Source of the DNA: Haplodiscus bocki
Lineage: Eukaryota
Direction of reading: 5' to 3'
NCBI GenBank assembly: GCA_965655095.1
Contig: OZ296650.1
Coordinates: forward strand, 76,446,001 to 76,510,000
Length of the DNA: 64,000 nt
How positions within the stretch are numbered: the stretch's first letter is position 1; every line of letters begins with the position of its first letter. Shown here one piece after another: positions 1-13,683 of the stretch. The notes beneath the pieces were generated by a model. The model was given only the letters and a program-made list of their open reading frames with translations. It was not told the DNA's origin and made no database searches. A program made the translations under genes and the position numbers.

Positions 1-3000
1 ATTAACATGAAGTTCTCAAAACGACACGTTAATATTGATTTAACACTGGTAACTTGTGCTCACCATAGGAGCCTTTACGAGTAAACTTGATGCGAAATAA
101 CTATTTTACGAACCCCCTCTTAAACAAGGGCACTTTCTTTGGCAGAAGAGGTCAAAATTTAAGAAATGCCTCGAAAAGTAGCAGATTTTTTCTGCCCATT
201 TTCGCCCACTTCCTTCATCAACTCTGGCGGCCTTTTTTGCTTCCTAGTGGGACCTTCATTTTTTAATTAGCGTGGGACCACGCTATCTAATTGGTGAGGT
301 AACGAGAATTGTTGCAACTTTTACAAAGATTTTTTGACTCCATTCGGTTGAGTTTTGGCGGTTTGACGCCTCTTGGTAACTTGGTTGGCTTGAGTGATTC
401 CTTAACTCATTAATGGAGGACTGGCAGTCCTTTTGGGATGTCTTAATTTTTTTCACACTACTTGATGGCGTTCTTGTGGTTAGTCTGTGAAACACACTCC
501 AAAATTTTGTGTTTTCTCGTATCTTTTTACGTCATGCATACATTATAGGCATAATTTCACCAAAGGAAAATTTAACAGTGATTGATTTTTAGCAGACCTC
601 TGAGCAAAATCAAAGGTCAGTGAAAGATCTTTCCTCTTTCGGTACACTTGTACAGCAAAATTTCATGAAGTTTGACTTTTATAAAATTATTTTTGTCAAA
701 AACTCAAGGCAAGGTAAAAAAAAATTTCTTCACTTCGAAAGTTCTCAATTGGAGCAATTCGCGAAGGGTAGCCAAAAGTGTTCTGTCTGCAAAACTTATG
801 TCATGGGCAAAAATGCGAGATTCAGCTGGGTTTTCATGGAAGAAATGTAAAGCTTCATGGTGACGAAAATTGACATTTTTTAGGTTGGAGCTCCTTTTGT
901 TTTTTTTTATTTTGGTAATAATCGTAGAGCGACCACACTTGCAACTATTTGAACTGTTTAAAAAAAGAAGAAATTGAAGTTCTTCACATTGCGAACTCTG
1001 TACATTAATTGCCTGGAATCTAAGTTTAAGCCATGTTATCAATTAACCCTCTAGCTTTAAACTTTAGCATGGAACCTTCTTCGACTGGAACAAAGCGTCT
1101 CACAGTTGCGTTGCCCTTTTTGCGGCGTGGATTTCACTCCTGGCGAGCCCTGCACACAACATTTTGCCCCTCTGTCTTCTTGAGGCCCTGAGTTGAAGGA
1201 GCAAAGCGATTGAAGCGATGATGTCGCTTTTGTTCCGACTTCCAATTAAATGCGTTTTGTTTTTTTCTTCCTCCAAAGGCTTTTTGGGAAACGTTTCTTT
1301 GAACACCCACTTTTTTGAGCCTGGCTGGGGTGTATTTATATTTTTTGTATACCTCAGCCCAGGACAGACACCAAAGACTGGTCAATTTTTTTTTCGAAAA
1401 TTTCTGGCCAACATGTTTTTTTTTGCCCGAAACCTATATACTACAAGCAAAAAAATTTATAATGTTGTTTGGGTTTTCCTACATGTGTCTTTCCGTAGCT
1501 TTGAATTAAAAAATTGTTCTGGCCAGAAAAGCAATTGTTTTATGTGAGTTTCAAAAACGGTTTGTCGGGGCTTCAGGATGGCTTCAAAATCTTATGTTTT
1601 CCATAGAATGCTTCCATTGAATCTTCAGGACTGTGAGGCAATGTTTCTTAATACTATAGAAGTGTAGAAGAGAGTTCCTAGAAGGTCTGAAAGTTTTTAA
1701 TAGTGGAAAACTTTTTTCAGACACTTTTCCAGCCAAATTACGCCCGAGACAACATGAAAGCTCTCTTTCGCCTTTGATACCATGCACTCGTGTTTGGAGG
1801 CCTCTTTCAACAAATTATGATGAAAAAAAAATGTTGGACGTCTTTGCACTGATTAGAAACCGGAAAAAAGCGAAAGTCAACATCTTTTTGACTAATGTTT
1901 TGCCGAAACTCAGTCAAAAAGACCCAATAGTTCTTGGTAAAATATCAAAAGAAATGAATAATCTTGTTTTGAAGGTTAAATAGCTTTACTAGATTGCTCT
2001 GCTCAGGTGACATTAGCCGAGGAAGACTGCAAAAAATACCACTTGTCATCGGAAGAGAATCTTTTTGCCAGTTTTTCCGCAGTGAAAAATTTCCAGCAGC
2101 TGAAAACTTTTGGTATTGTCAAATGGAAACTTATCTTTGAACATAGTCCGTGGGGCCCAGGCAAATGAAGTACAAGGGAGTCTTTTTTTCCAAAACCGCA
2201 GAGGCCAGATGAATTTTTCAACTTGGTGTTACCAAACGTTTTTCTCGTTAAAAATTGCCTTTCGGAAAAACGGTTACACCATCCAAAAGCCTTCTTCGTT
2301 ATGGAACAATCTTTCTACAAAAAAACCAACATCATAAGAGTTTTGAAAATCTTGATGAGGTTTCAGAAGTGAAATACTCCTAAAAATTTTGCAAAGATAA
2401 TAGAAGACGCTAGTAAAGTGTAAAAGTCATTCAGTTAGCGATTTTTTTCAAGAATACCCGTATCTCCGAGCCTAGGAGGGTAATCGGTAAAAATCTTTCG
2501 TAGACTAAGACTTCGCCCTCTAGATAGGGACAAAAATTTTGCAAAACATTTTTTCAGGTTCCGCCAACAAGATCATATACACCCTCGTCCATTTGATTGT
2601 ACCTACTTTGGTTCTCGGACTATCTTTTTCAGACCTCCAAAATGTCTCGCTTTATCCGCGACAGAAAAAACGGCCGGAATATTTTTGGTGGAAATTGACT
2701 GACATTTCTCAAGACATTGTACGTAGCCTGCTTTTTCCTACTGTGTGTGTTGCATCTTTTGAAGATTACGCCTCATCAAATACGGCCTAGATTTTTCGCT
2801 TCATAGGTTTTGTGCACTAATTTTTTGAAATTTTGTTTTCAACTTTAAAAATTGATGCTCTTTGGTTATGAATTACACTTCTTATTATCCTCTGTGATGT
2901 TGAATTTTTTTGGCCGCCTTCCACAAAAAGCTAGAGAAGTCCATTTTAAATTTCAAAAGGCAGGTGAACTTTCTTGCGAATTGTTGTTTTGCCTAACTCT

Positions 3001-6000
3001 CGTTTAATTGGTTGTTGATACGCGCCTCCTTCTCTCGTTATCACACCTTAGTTGACACCACTTTTCATGAAGTAATAATGGCTTGTTCCAAGCGAGTTTT
3101 TCGGTACTCAAGATCGATCAGTTAACGAGGTTTCATCGGAAACTTGGCGACGTGCACGCCTTTGAACCCTTTTGTTTTATTACATTATTTTTGTACCTTG
3201 AGCAATCTTCCCGTAATTACTACCGTACTGTTCACAGCTGATTCTTCGTCGAAAAAAAATAAGCGGGAACTTCCAGCTTGAAGGGTGGTTTTTAGGCAGA
3301 TAATTTGCAGAATCAGATTGTCTCTCTTTTAAATGACACTTTCGAGTCTAGTACCTTGTTGCAAAACCTTTGTCCAGATTGGATACCAAAACCACAGTGC
3401 TCTCATGCTTGCATAATGCTCCATGCAATTTTTCTTGTGTGGAAAAACGTAGCCGGATGGAAAAGGAATTCGCACATCAAAAATGGAAATGCAGAAGAGT
3501 ATCACGCATTTTTTGGAAAAAGTAATCTTGCTAGCAGATTTCAACGACGAATTGCCGGTAGCAAGTAGCTGCTGTCATCAGTTGAAAAATGGCGAAAATG
3601 TTTTGCCCAAAACCACATTTTCACTATAAAACCGAAAAATCCTCGTAAAAGTTCGGAAGAATGGTGATAAACTTTTATAAATTTCAGCGTTATTTCGTCG
3701 CTTTTTTCCGATTCAAGACTTTGACGGTACGTTAGTTACATGGAAACTGTTGTAGGAACTGACTTTTTGTGTGACGGAAGCCTTCCTTCCTCGGTTCTTC
3801 GGTGAAGATTTTTTGAGCTGTCACTTTTACTCGCTTGTTTGAACTCCTACTTACTTCGGAAGAAACTAGCTAACTGGGGAAGGTTGAGCAATAAATTTTG
3901 GCAACTTTCTGCCAGTTAGTGTAATCCTTTTGACAAGGTTTTGAGATTGTCTCGAATGCATCAGAAAAAAATCACATGAAGATTCCCATTAAGTCTACAC
4001 ATAGGTGATCTAGTTTTGCTCCAGTTTCGAAGGCGTATTATCTTTTCTTGTTCCGCAGTGAAAAAACATGATGTTCTAGCATTTGTTCTTTCAATAGAAT
4101 TTCTTGGATACACTTTTTCTCTTCTCGTTTTGCGTTTTTTATTTGATTTTTATCAATGTTTCTAACTTGACCTCAAATGGTATCAAGGAATGTATAACTA
4201 TTTATTCGACCTCCTGAATACCCCTGGTAAAACATTCTAGTCGCCTCATGATTTTATTCACCGAATAATTTTCACAGGTAACATTTGCAAGAAGAGAATG
4301 CTCTGTGAAACATGAATGATGATCGAACTCACTGTTTATGGATGACGACAATAATTTGACGATTGTGCTTTGCTACTGTTGGGAAACTTAAAGAAGCTTC
4401 TGAACCAAGTGCTCCATTCATTTTTGATTTTTGAATATCACGATGTTAGTAATCTGGAATATAGATTCAAGTGGGTTTTTGCATAACTTTCGTTCTGTTT
4501 TTTTTGAAGACGCTTCGCTTCGAATTAATCTCTTGACTGTTACTATGAAGTCAAACATGAAATTTAATGTCTCGTTGAATATTTCCATGTGTTACATGGT
4601 GGATTTGCCAAATTATAGTGCTTCATTACGCGTTGCTTCCGTGTCACTCTTTGTTTTTCTTGATCATCCTATTTTTTTGCTCTCACCTACCCAAGCAGAC
4701 ACTTTTCGTTTTTCTAAAAATGTTTACATTGTCTTTCACATGATTTCTTTCTAGATCCGTGTTTTCTGTTTGATTCCCGGGTCCTCCATAAAAATTAATT
4801 TTTACAAAAGTCTTCTTGTCTGGTTGCAACTAAAAACAGTGCTAGGTGTCCAGATTTTAATTTGAGACAGCCCCTGTTTGCCCGTTTTTTTAATGAAAAT
4901 TTGGCCACGCTTTTTCGGATAAAGAGTTGCCAAGCTGACTTCACGTGAGCGTCTTTTCCAGTAAACTCCTATAAGGGAAGGGCACTCCCTGTGAATCGGT
5001 TTTCGATTTTAATGTGGAAAGCTAATTTCACTTCGGCGTTCCAATGAAAGTAAAAGGTAGGGTCAGATTTTTGAGCGCTTGGCTTTTCCCGCTGAATGCG
5101 AATGATTTATTTCCCTGAGATAACACTGCTGAATATAATTACAAACTAAACTGTTCCTTTTTTGGCAACATGTTTTCAGTTTAGGGCCCAATTTTCTTTC
5201 TCCGGAAACACGGTGGTCCGCTTTTGACTGGGTTGCTATCTTTCACAGCGATCGGATCGGATGAGGTGAAGTACTGCAGCTTCGGTAAAACTGGTTACGA
5301 AAGTTGAGGCAATTGCTGTTGGCAAAAAATTCTTTTCTCAGACATTGCTGGAGGAACTGAAATTCTGTTTATTTTTCACGTGAATGGAACCAAGGTTATT
5401 GTTCTAGGGAGTCGTGCAAACCTCCCACGCATTTCTACGGTGTCCGTTTCAAAGCTCTCAGTAACCGGACGACGTCCATTCAATTTTGCGGGTGCTCAAA
5501 TTGCTTCACGGTGCGAAAACAAGACAACCGCAGTCAAATCAAAATCACTGATTTGCGCAGCAAGGCATGCAACTTCGTATGTTCTAGATGCTTAACGTCG
5601 GATACCGATTTAAGATTAAACAAGAAGTTGAACACTTTCGAACACAGTGTAACGCTTCCGCCAGTTTATGGTCAGTGCCGTGGCACAAACACCAGTTATA
5701 CAGCTTCACAGAGAAGAGCTAAGCAACGGTTAACGGCGAGGCTTAAAAACTGCACTTCCTCCAGTAGAAATCTCAAGTCTGCTCGATGAGGAGAAAGCAC
5801 TATTTGAGTTGTTGTCTACGTCTTTGCAATTCTTGGTCAGAAAATGGCAAAGGAAATCTGGAAACTAAACTATTTACAAGGAACAAAATCGTTATCGGGC
5901 CGATTTTTTAATCGACGAAATCAAGAATATTGTCGTAGAGAACGTCTTCTCCATCCAATTGCAAGGGGCCACGGTTTGGAGAATGTCCGAAAACTAAATT

Positions 6001-6200
6001 CAGGACCCAAAAGAAGGAAGGAACTTTGTCCAAGGCGAGGAAAAAGTTATTACACACCGCGAAGAGAGTAGAAAATATAGAGACTGTTGAAAAGAGACGT
6101 TTGGTTCCTGTGAGAAAAGAGCAGAATTTAAATCTTTTGAGGCAAATACTAAAGGATTCAACGACAAAGAAGCAGATTTAACCGAATGGGAAACGAGGAA
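1..6200. other. Highly decayed, probably TE/virus-derived sequence; includes a stop-interrupted protein-like frame at ~5680-6200 (+)
   Basis: There is no long ORF and no credible exon chain. One + frame from ~5680 reads protein-like across scattered stops (TALPPVEISSLLDEEKALFELLSTSLQFLVRKWQRKSGN*TIYKEQNRYRADFLIDEIKNIVVENVF...) and is cut by the satellite at ~6200. Resemblance to Maverick/Polinton integrase (~2030-2290) is faint and unverified. Confidence 0.25.
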
Positions 6201-9200
6201 GATTGTAGGGCAGTTTTTAATTGGAAGATTAGCCAATCCAATGTTTGCATCGGTTTCCTAACTCTGCGACAAAGCTCAGAAAGTTTTCTTGAACTACTGC
6301 AATTTTCCGGCACACTATTCTCCGTTTGATTTTCAACAGGCTTGATTTCTTCTATCAACAACTCAATCGGAAGCTTTTTTTAATGCGAGCAGATTCGAGT
6401 AAAAGCCGTTTTTGTACCTTTTCGTAGGCCGAAAAAACTTGGCAGGCCAAAAAATACAAAAGTTTGCCAATTAATTCAATTCTTTTTCATATTCAAACTT
6501 TTTCTGCGGAGCTAGGAGCTTGATTACTTCCAACAAGCTGTCAATCGAATGCTGCACGGTTGCGGAAGACGTTTCGTATGAGAAATCTTTTATTTTGATC
6601 CTTGCATAAAACTCCTGATTGTCCCAAATATCCAAAAACTGTTAATACTGGTGATTTGTCTCGATTTTTAAACTCCTATAACTCCGTAACTTCAGGTTCA
6701 GTTTTCCTCTTCAAAGTTTCAATCCAGAGCTTTGTAGCTTGTGGAAACTGTTCAGTTGAGAACGTGTCGAATCTTTTTCTGTCTTCACAATCCTGCTTGT
6801 CGCACTTTTGAAAAGATGCTAGTAATATTGAATCAGCATTCATTTCATACTCATACTTCTCCGTAACTGCAGGCTTGGTTTCCTCCAAATAGCTGTCAAT
6901 CATTAGCTTCACATTTATGGAGGTTTTCCCCCGTAAAATGTTGTTAGTTTTCTTACCAGCATAAACAATGTGATAGTCAGAAAATTCTAGACAGTGTTTT
7001 TAAAAGTAATTTATCTACATTTTAACACTCACCATTCTGTGGCTACGGGATTAGTTTTCCTGCAAGTGTCTCTTGAAAAAAGTACCCTATCAGAGGATGA
7101 ATCCGTTAGACGAATGATTTTTGAGCCTCGCTCAGACTGTTGATAATCCGAATGCTATAAGAAATGTGTCATCGCCAAATTCAAACACAGATTTCAACGT
7201 GACTGGCAGCTTGAATCCTTCAATCAAGCCTCAATTAGGAATTACAATTTCTTACAAGAGGTATCGGTTTCGGAATCTTTCGATTTTATCCTGCATCGAA
7301 ACCTGATAGTCCAAAGTACCCAGAAAATGCTATCAGTGTTCATTTGTTTCGTTATTCAGACTTTTAAATCCATCTAACTGCATGCTCAATTTCTTTCATC
7401 AAAGTCCCGAAGAAAAGATAGTTTGTGGTAGGGCTGTGCTCAAATGAAAGACTAGCCATGCCAAGATCTGCGTAGGATTTTCAATTCTCAATAATTGTTG
7501 GGAAAGTTTCAATTGAATTACCTCCAAGTTCAGGTGCACAACTTTCCGCTACTACAGTCTGGAATTCTTCCAAACAGCTGTCAATCAAATGCTTCACTTA
7601 TATGGAGGTTGTTCAGAAAGAATTGTCATTGGTTTTCAACCCAGCAGAAGCAACAGGATAGTCAGAAGTTTCTGGAGAGTGATTTAACTGTGATTGATCT
7701 TTGTTTTTACACTCATCAGTCTGTGACTGCGGGAATAGTTTTTGTCAAAGTCTCTCTGGAAAAACCTAAAATATGAGGATGAATCCGTTAAACAAATGAT
7801 TTTGGAGCCTCGCTCAGACTGTGGATGTTCAGCATGGTCGAAAAAAATGCTATAAGAAATGTGTCATCGCCAAATTCAAACTCAAATTCCAACGTAACCA
7901 GCAGCTTGAATTCATCCATCAACGCCTCAAGCGAGAAATACAAACTTTTACACGAAGTTTTGGATCGGGAACGTTTTGCCTTTACCCCTGCATCGAAACC
8001 TGATAGTCCAAAGTTTCCAGAAATTGTTATCATTGTTAATTTTCCATCGATATGCAATCTTTTGGTTCCAAGTAACAGGAGGCTCGTTTTTTCCATCAAA
8101 ATCTCGACCGAAAGATTTTTTTCTTGTGGAGCTGTGTTTAAACAAAAGATCGGGCTAGTCGGTTTTTTCAATGTCTGTCAATAATCAGGAGGTTTTATGT
8201 GAACTACTTGGAATTTCAGGCGCACATTTCCCCATAACTAGAATATTGGAGTCTTCAAAAGAAGTCCATCAAAATCTCCACTTTTATTGAGGATGTTCCG
8301 AGTGCAAAATCTATTTTTAATTTTGCAAAATTACCTTACTGTCCCAAATTTTTGGAGAGTGATTCATTGGTGATTTTTCTTGAAATTGAAATTCAATACT
8401 CTCTGACTGCAAGCCCACTTTTCGTGAAAGTCTCAGTTGAAAATTTTACGTTTTCATAAGACAAACTCGCAGAAAAATTGTATCTTCATTTCTTCTCAGA
8501 TTTTCGAAAATCCGTCTGGTCCTAAAGAAGCTATAAAATTTGTAGTATCTCCATTTTCAAAGTCAGATTCTCGTAAAACATCAACCTTGTTTTCTTGCAT
8601 TACATCCTCATCGAGAACCACACACTCGTGCAAGTTATATCGGTATCTTAACTTTCTGGTCTGATGCTCGAATCAAAAAAGTCCGGCTTTTCAAAAAAAT
8701 GTCACTCTTGAGTTATCATGCATTCGATACTAACAATTCCATATAACTGCTGGCTCGATTTTTTTCATAAAAGTCTAAATCGAAAGTTTTTTACGTAGAC
8801 AGCTATGTTGAAATGCACGACTAGGGATACCATTGTTTCTGTCGAATTTATGACTGTCCAACAATGCTCCAAAGGTATTTTTTGAATATTTCGATGTTCA
8901 GTTGTTTTTTTTTGTAAGTACCAGCTTGAATGCTTGCAAACAGTTGTCAGTCGAAACCTTCTTAATGAGGAAAGATGTTTCGAGTGAAAAGTCTTTCTTC
9001 TGATCTCTGCATCAAAAACCAGACAGTCAAACAATTTGAGGAGAATGTTTCCTAGTAATTTATCTTGATTTTTAAGCCCAACTTTCGCTTTGACTGCAGG
9101 CCTTTTTTCTGCCAAATCCCATACGGAAACAAGTTACATTCCGAGAAGACAAATTGGTAGAGACGTTGTTTTTACTTTTTCTCATCAGATTTATGGTTTT

Positions 9201-12200
9201 CAGAATGCTCCAAATTTTGTTGAAAAAATTGTCCAATCGGTACTACCAATTGATTAGAGTAGTGAACGACAGGTTGAACTGTTCCATCAACGCCTCAGGA
9301 CCGAACTACACTCTTATACTGGAGGTATCGGTCTTGAAATCTTTTTCCTTGTAGCCTTGCATGAACAACTGATAGTCCAGAGTATCCAGGAAATGCTATC
9401 ATTGGTAATTAATCTCGGTATTCAGACTTTTAATTCGATGTACCTGCGGGCTCAATTTCATTCTTCAACGTTCCGACCGAAAGAATTTTTGTTGTGCTGT
9501 CCTCAAATGAAAGACTAGCCAGGCCATGATCTGCGCCGGATTCTCATTTTTCCATCATTGCTCAGAACGTTTCTTCTGAGTTACCTCCAAGTTGAAATGC
9601 ACAATTCTCCTTGACTACCGTCTTGACTTCTTCCAGACAGCTGTCAATCAAATGCTCAACATATAGGGGGGTTTTTTCGAGTGAAACGTCGTTGCTTTTC
9701 AACCTAGCATAAACAACGTGATAGTCAGAAATTTCTGGAGAGTTTTTAAAAGTGATTTATTTATATTTTAACACTCGCCATTCTGTGGCTGCGGGAATAG
9801 TTTTCTCGCAAGTGTCTCTTGAAAAAACTACCATATCAGAGGATGAATCCGTTAAATGGTTTTTGAGTTGCGCTCAGACTGTGGATGTTCCGCATGTTCG
9901 AAAAAAATGTTATAAGGAATGTGTCATCGCCAAATTCAAACCCAGATTCCAACATAACTGGCAGTTTGAATTCTTCAATCAACGCCTCGAGCGAGAACTA
10001 CGAACTTTTACACGAAGTTTTGGATCGGGAACGTTTTGCCTTTACCCCTGCGTCAAAACCTGATAGTCCAAAGTTTCCAGAAAGTGTTATCATTGTTAAT
10101 TTTCCCTCCATATGCAATCTTTTAGTTCCAAGTAACAAGACGCTCGTTTCTTCATCAAAATCTCGACCGAAAGAATTCTTCTTGTGGAGCTGTGTTTAAA
10201 CGAAAGAACGGGCAAGTCGGTTTTTTTTCAATGTATTTCAATGCTGAGGAGGTTTTATGTGAACTACTTGGAAGTTCAGGCGCACATTTCCCCGGAACTA
10301 GAATCTTGGAGTCTTCAAAAAAAGTCCAAAGTCCTTCAAAATCTTCCTTTTTTATGTAGGATGTTCCGAAAGAAAAATCTCCTAATTTCAAGTTTGCAAA
10401 ACTATATGACTGTCGGCAGTTTCTGAAGAGTGATTTAATGGTGACTTTTCTTGAAATTCAGGTTCAATACTCTCTGACTGCAAGCCCACTTTTCGCAAAA
10501 GTCTCAGTTGAAAAATATACGTTTTGATAACACAAACTCATAGATAATTTGTTTCTTCATCCTCATATCGGATTTCTGAAAATCCGACTGGTCCTGAAAA
10601 ACTATAAAAATTGTATTATCTCCATTTTCATAGTCAAATTCCCACAAAACTTCAAGCTTGTTTTCTTCCAATACATTCCCATCGAGAACCGCACACTGTT
10701 GCAAGATATATCGGTATCTTAATTTTCTCGTCTGATCCTCCTTTTCAAAAAAATTGTCAATGCTGAGTTACCATATAACAGCAGGCTCGATTTTTTTCGT
10801 CAGAGTCCAAATCAAATGATTTTTGCTTTTACAGCTGAGTTGAGATGCACGACTAACGATACCATTGTTTCTGTCGACTTTATGACTGTCCAACAATGCT
10901 CCAAAGGTATTTTTTGAATATTTCGATGTTCAGTTGTTTTTTTTTGTAAGTACCAGCTTGAATGCTTGCAAACAGTTGTCATTCGAAACCTTCCTAATGA
11001 GGGAAGATGTTTCGAGTGAAAAGTTTTTTTATTTTGATCTCTATATAAAAAACCAGTTCGTCTTATGTTTTTGAAGAGAGTGCTTATTAAAGATTTATCT
11101 TGAATTTTAAACTCAACTTTCGCATTGTTTGCAGGCATTCTTTTCCGCGGAATCCCAACCGAAAACAAAATACAATCTGAGAACACAAATTGGTAGAGAA
11201 ATTTTTTTTACCGTCCTGTCAGATTTTTGATAGTCCGATTGGTCCAAATATTGCTGATAAAATTGTACAATCTCCAAGTCCAATTGCTTAGAGATTCTTA
11301 CGTAAATGATAGCTTCAATTCTTCTATCAACGCTTCGAGCACGAACTACATTCTTTTACTGGAGGTATCGGCATTGAACTTTTGTTTCTTGTACCTTTAC
11401 ATCAAAACCTGATAGTCCAAAGTATCAAGAAAAGGCTACATTTGGTGATTTATCTCGAAATTCAGACTTTTAATTCCATCTAACTGCATGCTCAATTTCT
11501 TTCATCAAAGCCTCGACCGAATTTTTTTTGCTGTGAGTCTGTGCTCAAACGAAAGACTAGCCACGCCAACGTCTGCGTCAGATTCTCAATTTTCAATCAT
11601 TGATCGGAAGGTTCATTTTGAGTTACCTCCAACTTTACGTGCACAATTCTCCGTTGTTACAGTCTGGAATTCTTCCAATCAGCTGTCAATCAAATGCTTC
11701 ACTTATATGGAGGTAGTTCAGTGAGAAATGTCTTTGATTTTCAACTCAGCATAAGCAATACGATAATCTGAATTTTTTGGAGAGTGATTTAAACTGATTT
11801 GTTTTTATTTTTACACTCGTCACTCCGTGACTGCGGGAATAGTTTTCATCGAAGTCCCTCTGGAAAAACCCAGCATATCAGAGGATGAATCCGTTAAAGA
11901 AATGATTTTAGAGCCTCGCTCAGACTGTGGATGTTCCGAATCGTCCAAAAAATGCTATAAGGAATGTGTTATCGCCAAATTCGAACACAGATTCCGACGT
12001 AACTGGCAGCTTGAAATTTTCTGTCAAAAATTGAAACGCGAACCATATATATTGACTAGAGGTGTCTGTCTTGAAATCTTTTCTCTGTACCCTCACATCA
12101 AAACCTGTCAGTCAAAAGTATCAAAAAAATGCTATCATTGGTGATTCATTGCAAAATTCAGACTAATAATTCGATACATTTACGTGTCCGATTTCTTTCA

Positions 12201-13680
12201 TCACCGTTCCCACCGGAAGATTTTTAGTTGTAGTGCTGTCTTACAATGAAACACTAGCCAGGCCATGATCTGTGTCTGATTCTGATTTTTCCATTTTTGC
12301 TCAGAAAGTGTCTTCTCAATTACCTCCAATTCAGGTGCACAAATCTCCGTGACTACCGTCTTGACTTCTTCCAGACAGCTGTCAATCAAATGCTCAACAT
12401 ATAGGGGGGTTTTTTCGAGTGAAACGTCGTTGCTTTTCAACCTAGCATAAACAACGTGATAGTCAGAAATTTCTGGAGAGTTTTTAAAAGTGATTTATTT
12501 ATATTTTAACACTCGCCATTCTGTGGCTGCGGGAATAGTTTTCTCGCAAGTGTCTCTTGAAAAAACTACCATATCAGAGGATGAATCCGTTAAATGGTTT
12601 TTGAGTTGCGCTCAGACTGTGGATGTTCCGCATGTTCGAAAAAAATGTTATAAGGAATGTGTCATCGCCAAATTCAAACCCAGATTCCAACATAACTGGC
12701 AGTTTGAATTCTTCAATCAACGCCTCGAGCGAGAACTACGAACTTTTACACGAAGTTTTGGATCGGGAACGTTTTGCCTTTACCCCTGCGTCAAAACCTG
12801 ATAGTCCAAAGTTTCCAGAAAGTGTTATCATTGTTAATTTTCCCTCCATATGCAATCTTTTAGTTCCAAGTAACAAGACGCTCGTTTCTTCATCAAAATC
12901 TCGACCGAAAGAATTCTTCTTGTGGAGCTGTGTTTAAACGAAAGAACGGGCAAGTCGGTTTTTTTTCAATGTATTTCAATGCTGAGGAGGTTTTATGTGA
13001 ACTACTTGGAAGTTCAGGCGCACATTTCCCCGGAACTAGAATCTTGGAGTCTTCAAAAAAAGTCCAAAGTCCTTCAAAATCTTCCTTTTTTATGTAGGAT
13101 GTTCCGAAAGAAAAATCTCCTAATTTCAAGTTTGCAAAACTATATGACTGTCGGAAGTTTCTGAAGAGTGATTTAATGGTGACTTTTCTTGAAATTCAAA
13201 TTCAATACTCTCTGACTGCAAGCCCACTTTTCGCAAAAGTCTCAGTTGAAAAATATACGTTTTGATAACACAAACTCATAGATAATTTGTTTCTTCATCC
13301 TCATATCGGATTTCTGAAAATCCGACTGGTCCTGAAAAACTATAAAAATTGTATTATCTCCATTTTCATAGTCAAATTCCCACAAAACTTCAAGCTTGTT
13401 TTCTTCCAATACATTCCCATCGAGAACCCACACTGTTGCAAGATATATCGGTATCTTAATTTTCTCGTCTGATCCTCCTTTTCAAAAAAATTGTCAATGC
13501 TGAGTTACCATATAACAGCAGGCTCGATTTTTTTCGTCAGAGTCCAAATTAAACGATTTTTGCTTTTACAGCTGAGTTGAGATGCACGACTAACGATACC
13601 ATTGTTTCTGTCGATTTTATGACTGTCCAACAATGCTCCAAAGGTATTTTTTGAAAATTTCGATGTTCAGTTGTTTTTTT
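6200..13680. repeat. Left diverged layer: ~650-700 bp tetramer units forming older ~2.05 kb 12-mers
   Basis: Tetramer anchors lie at ~7039, 7722, 8403, 9089, 9785, 10473, 11126, 11827, 12523 and 13211 (spacings 653-701 bp). Three tetramer types recur in the same order. Confidence 0.85.
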
Positions 13681-13683
13681 TTT
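9612..13683. repeat. Near-identical ~1.33 kb duplication (9612-10945 and 12350-13683), offset 2738 bp
   Basis: ORF-track peptides are identical at 9752/12490, 9885/12623 and 10184/12922, all offset by 2738. The shared start is GACTACCGTCTTGACTTC at 9613 and 12351. Confidence 0.93.
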
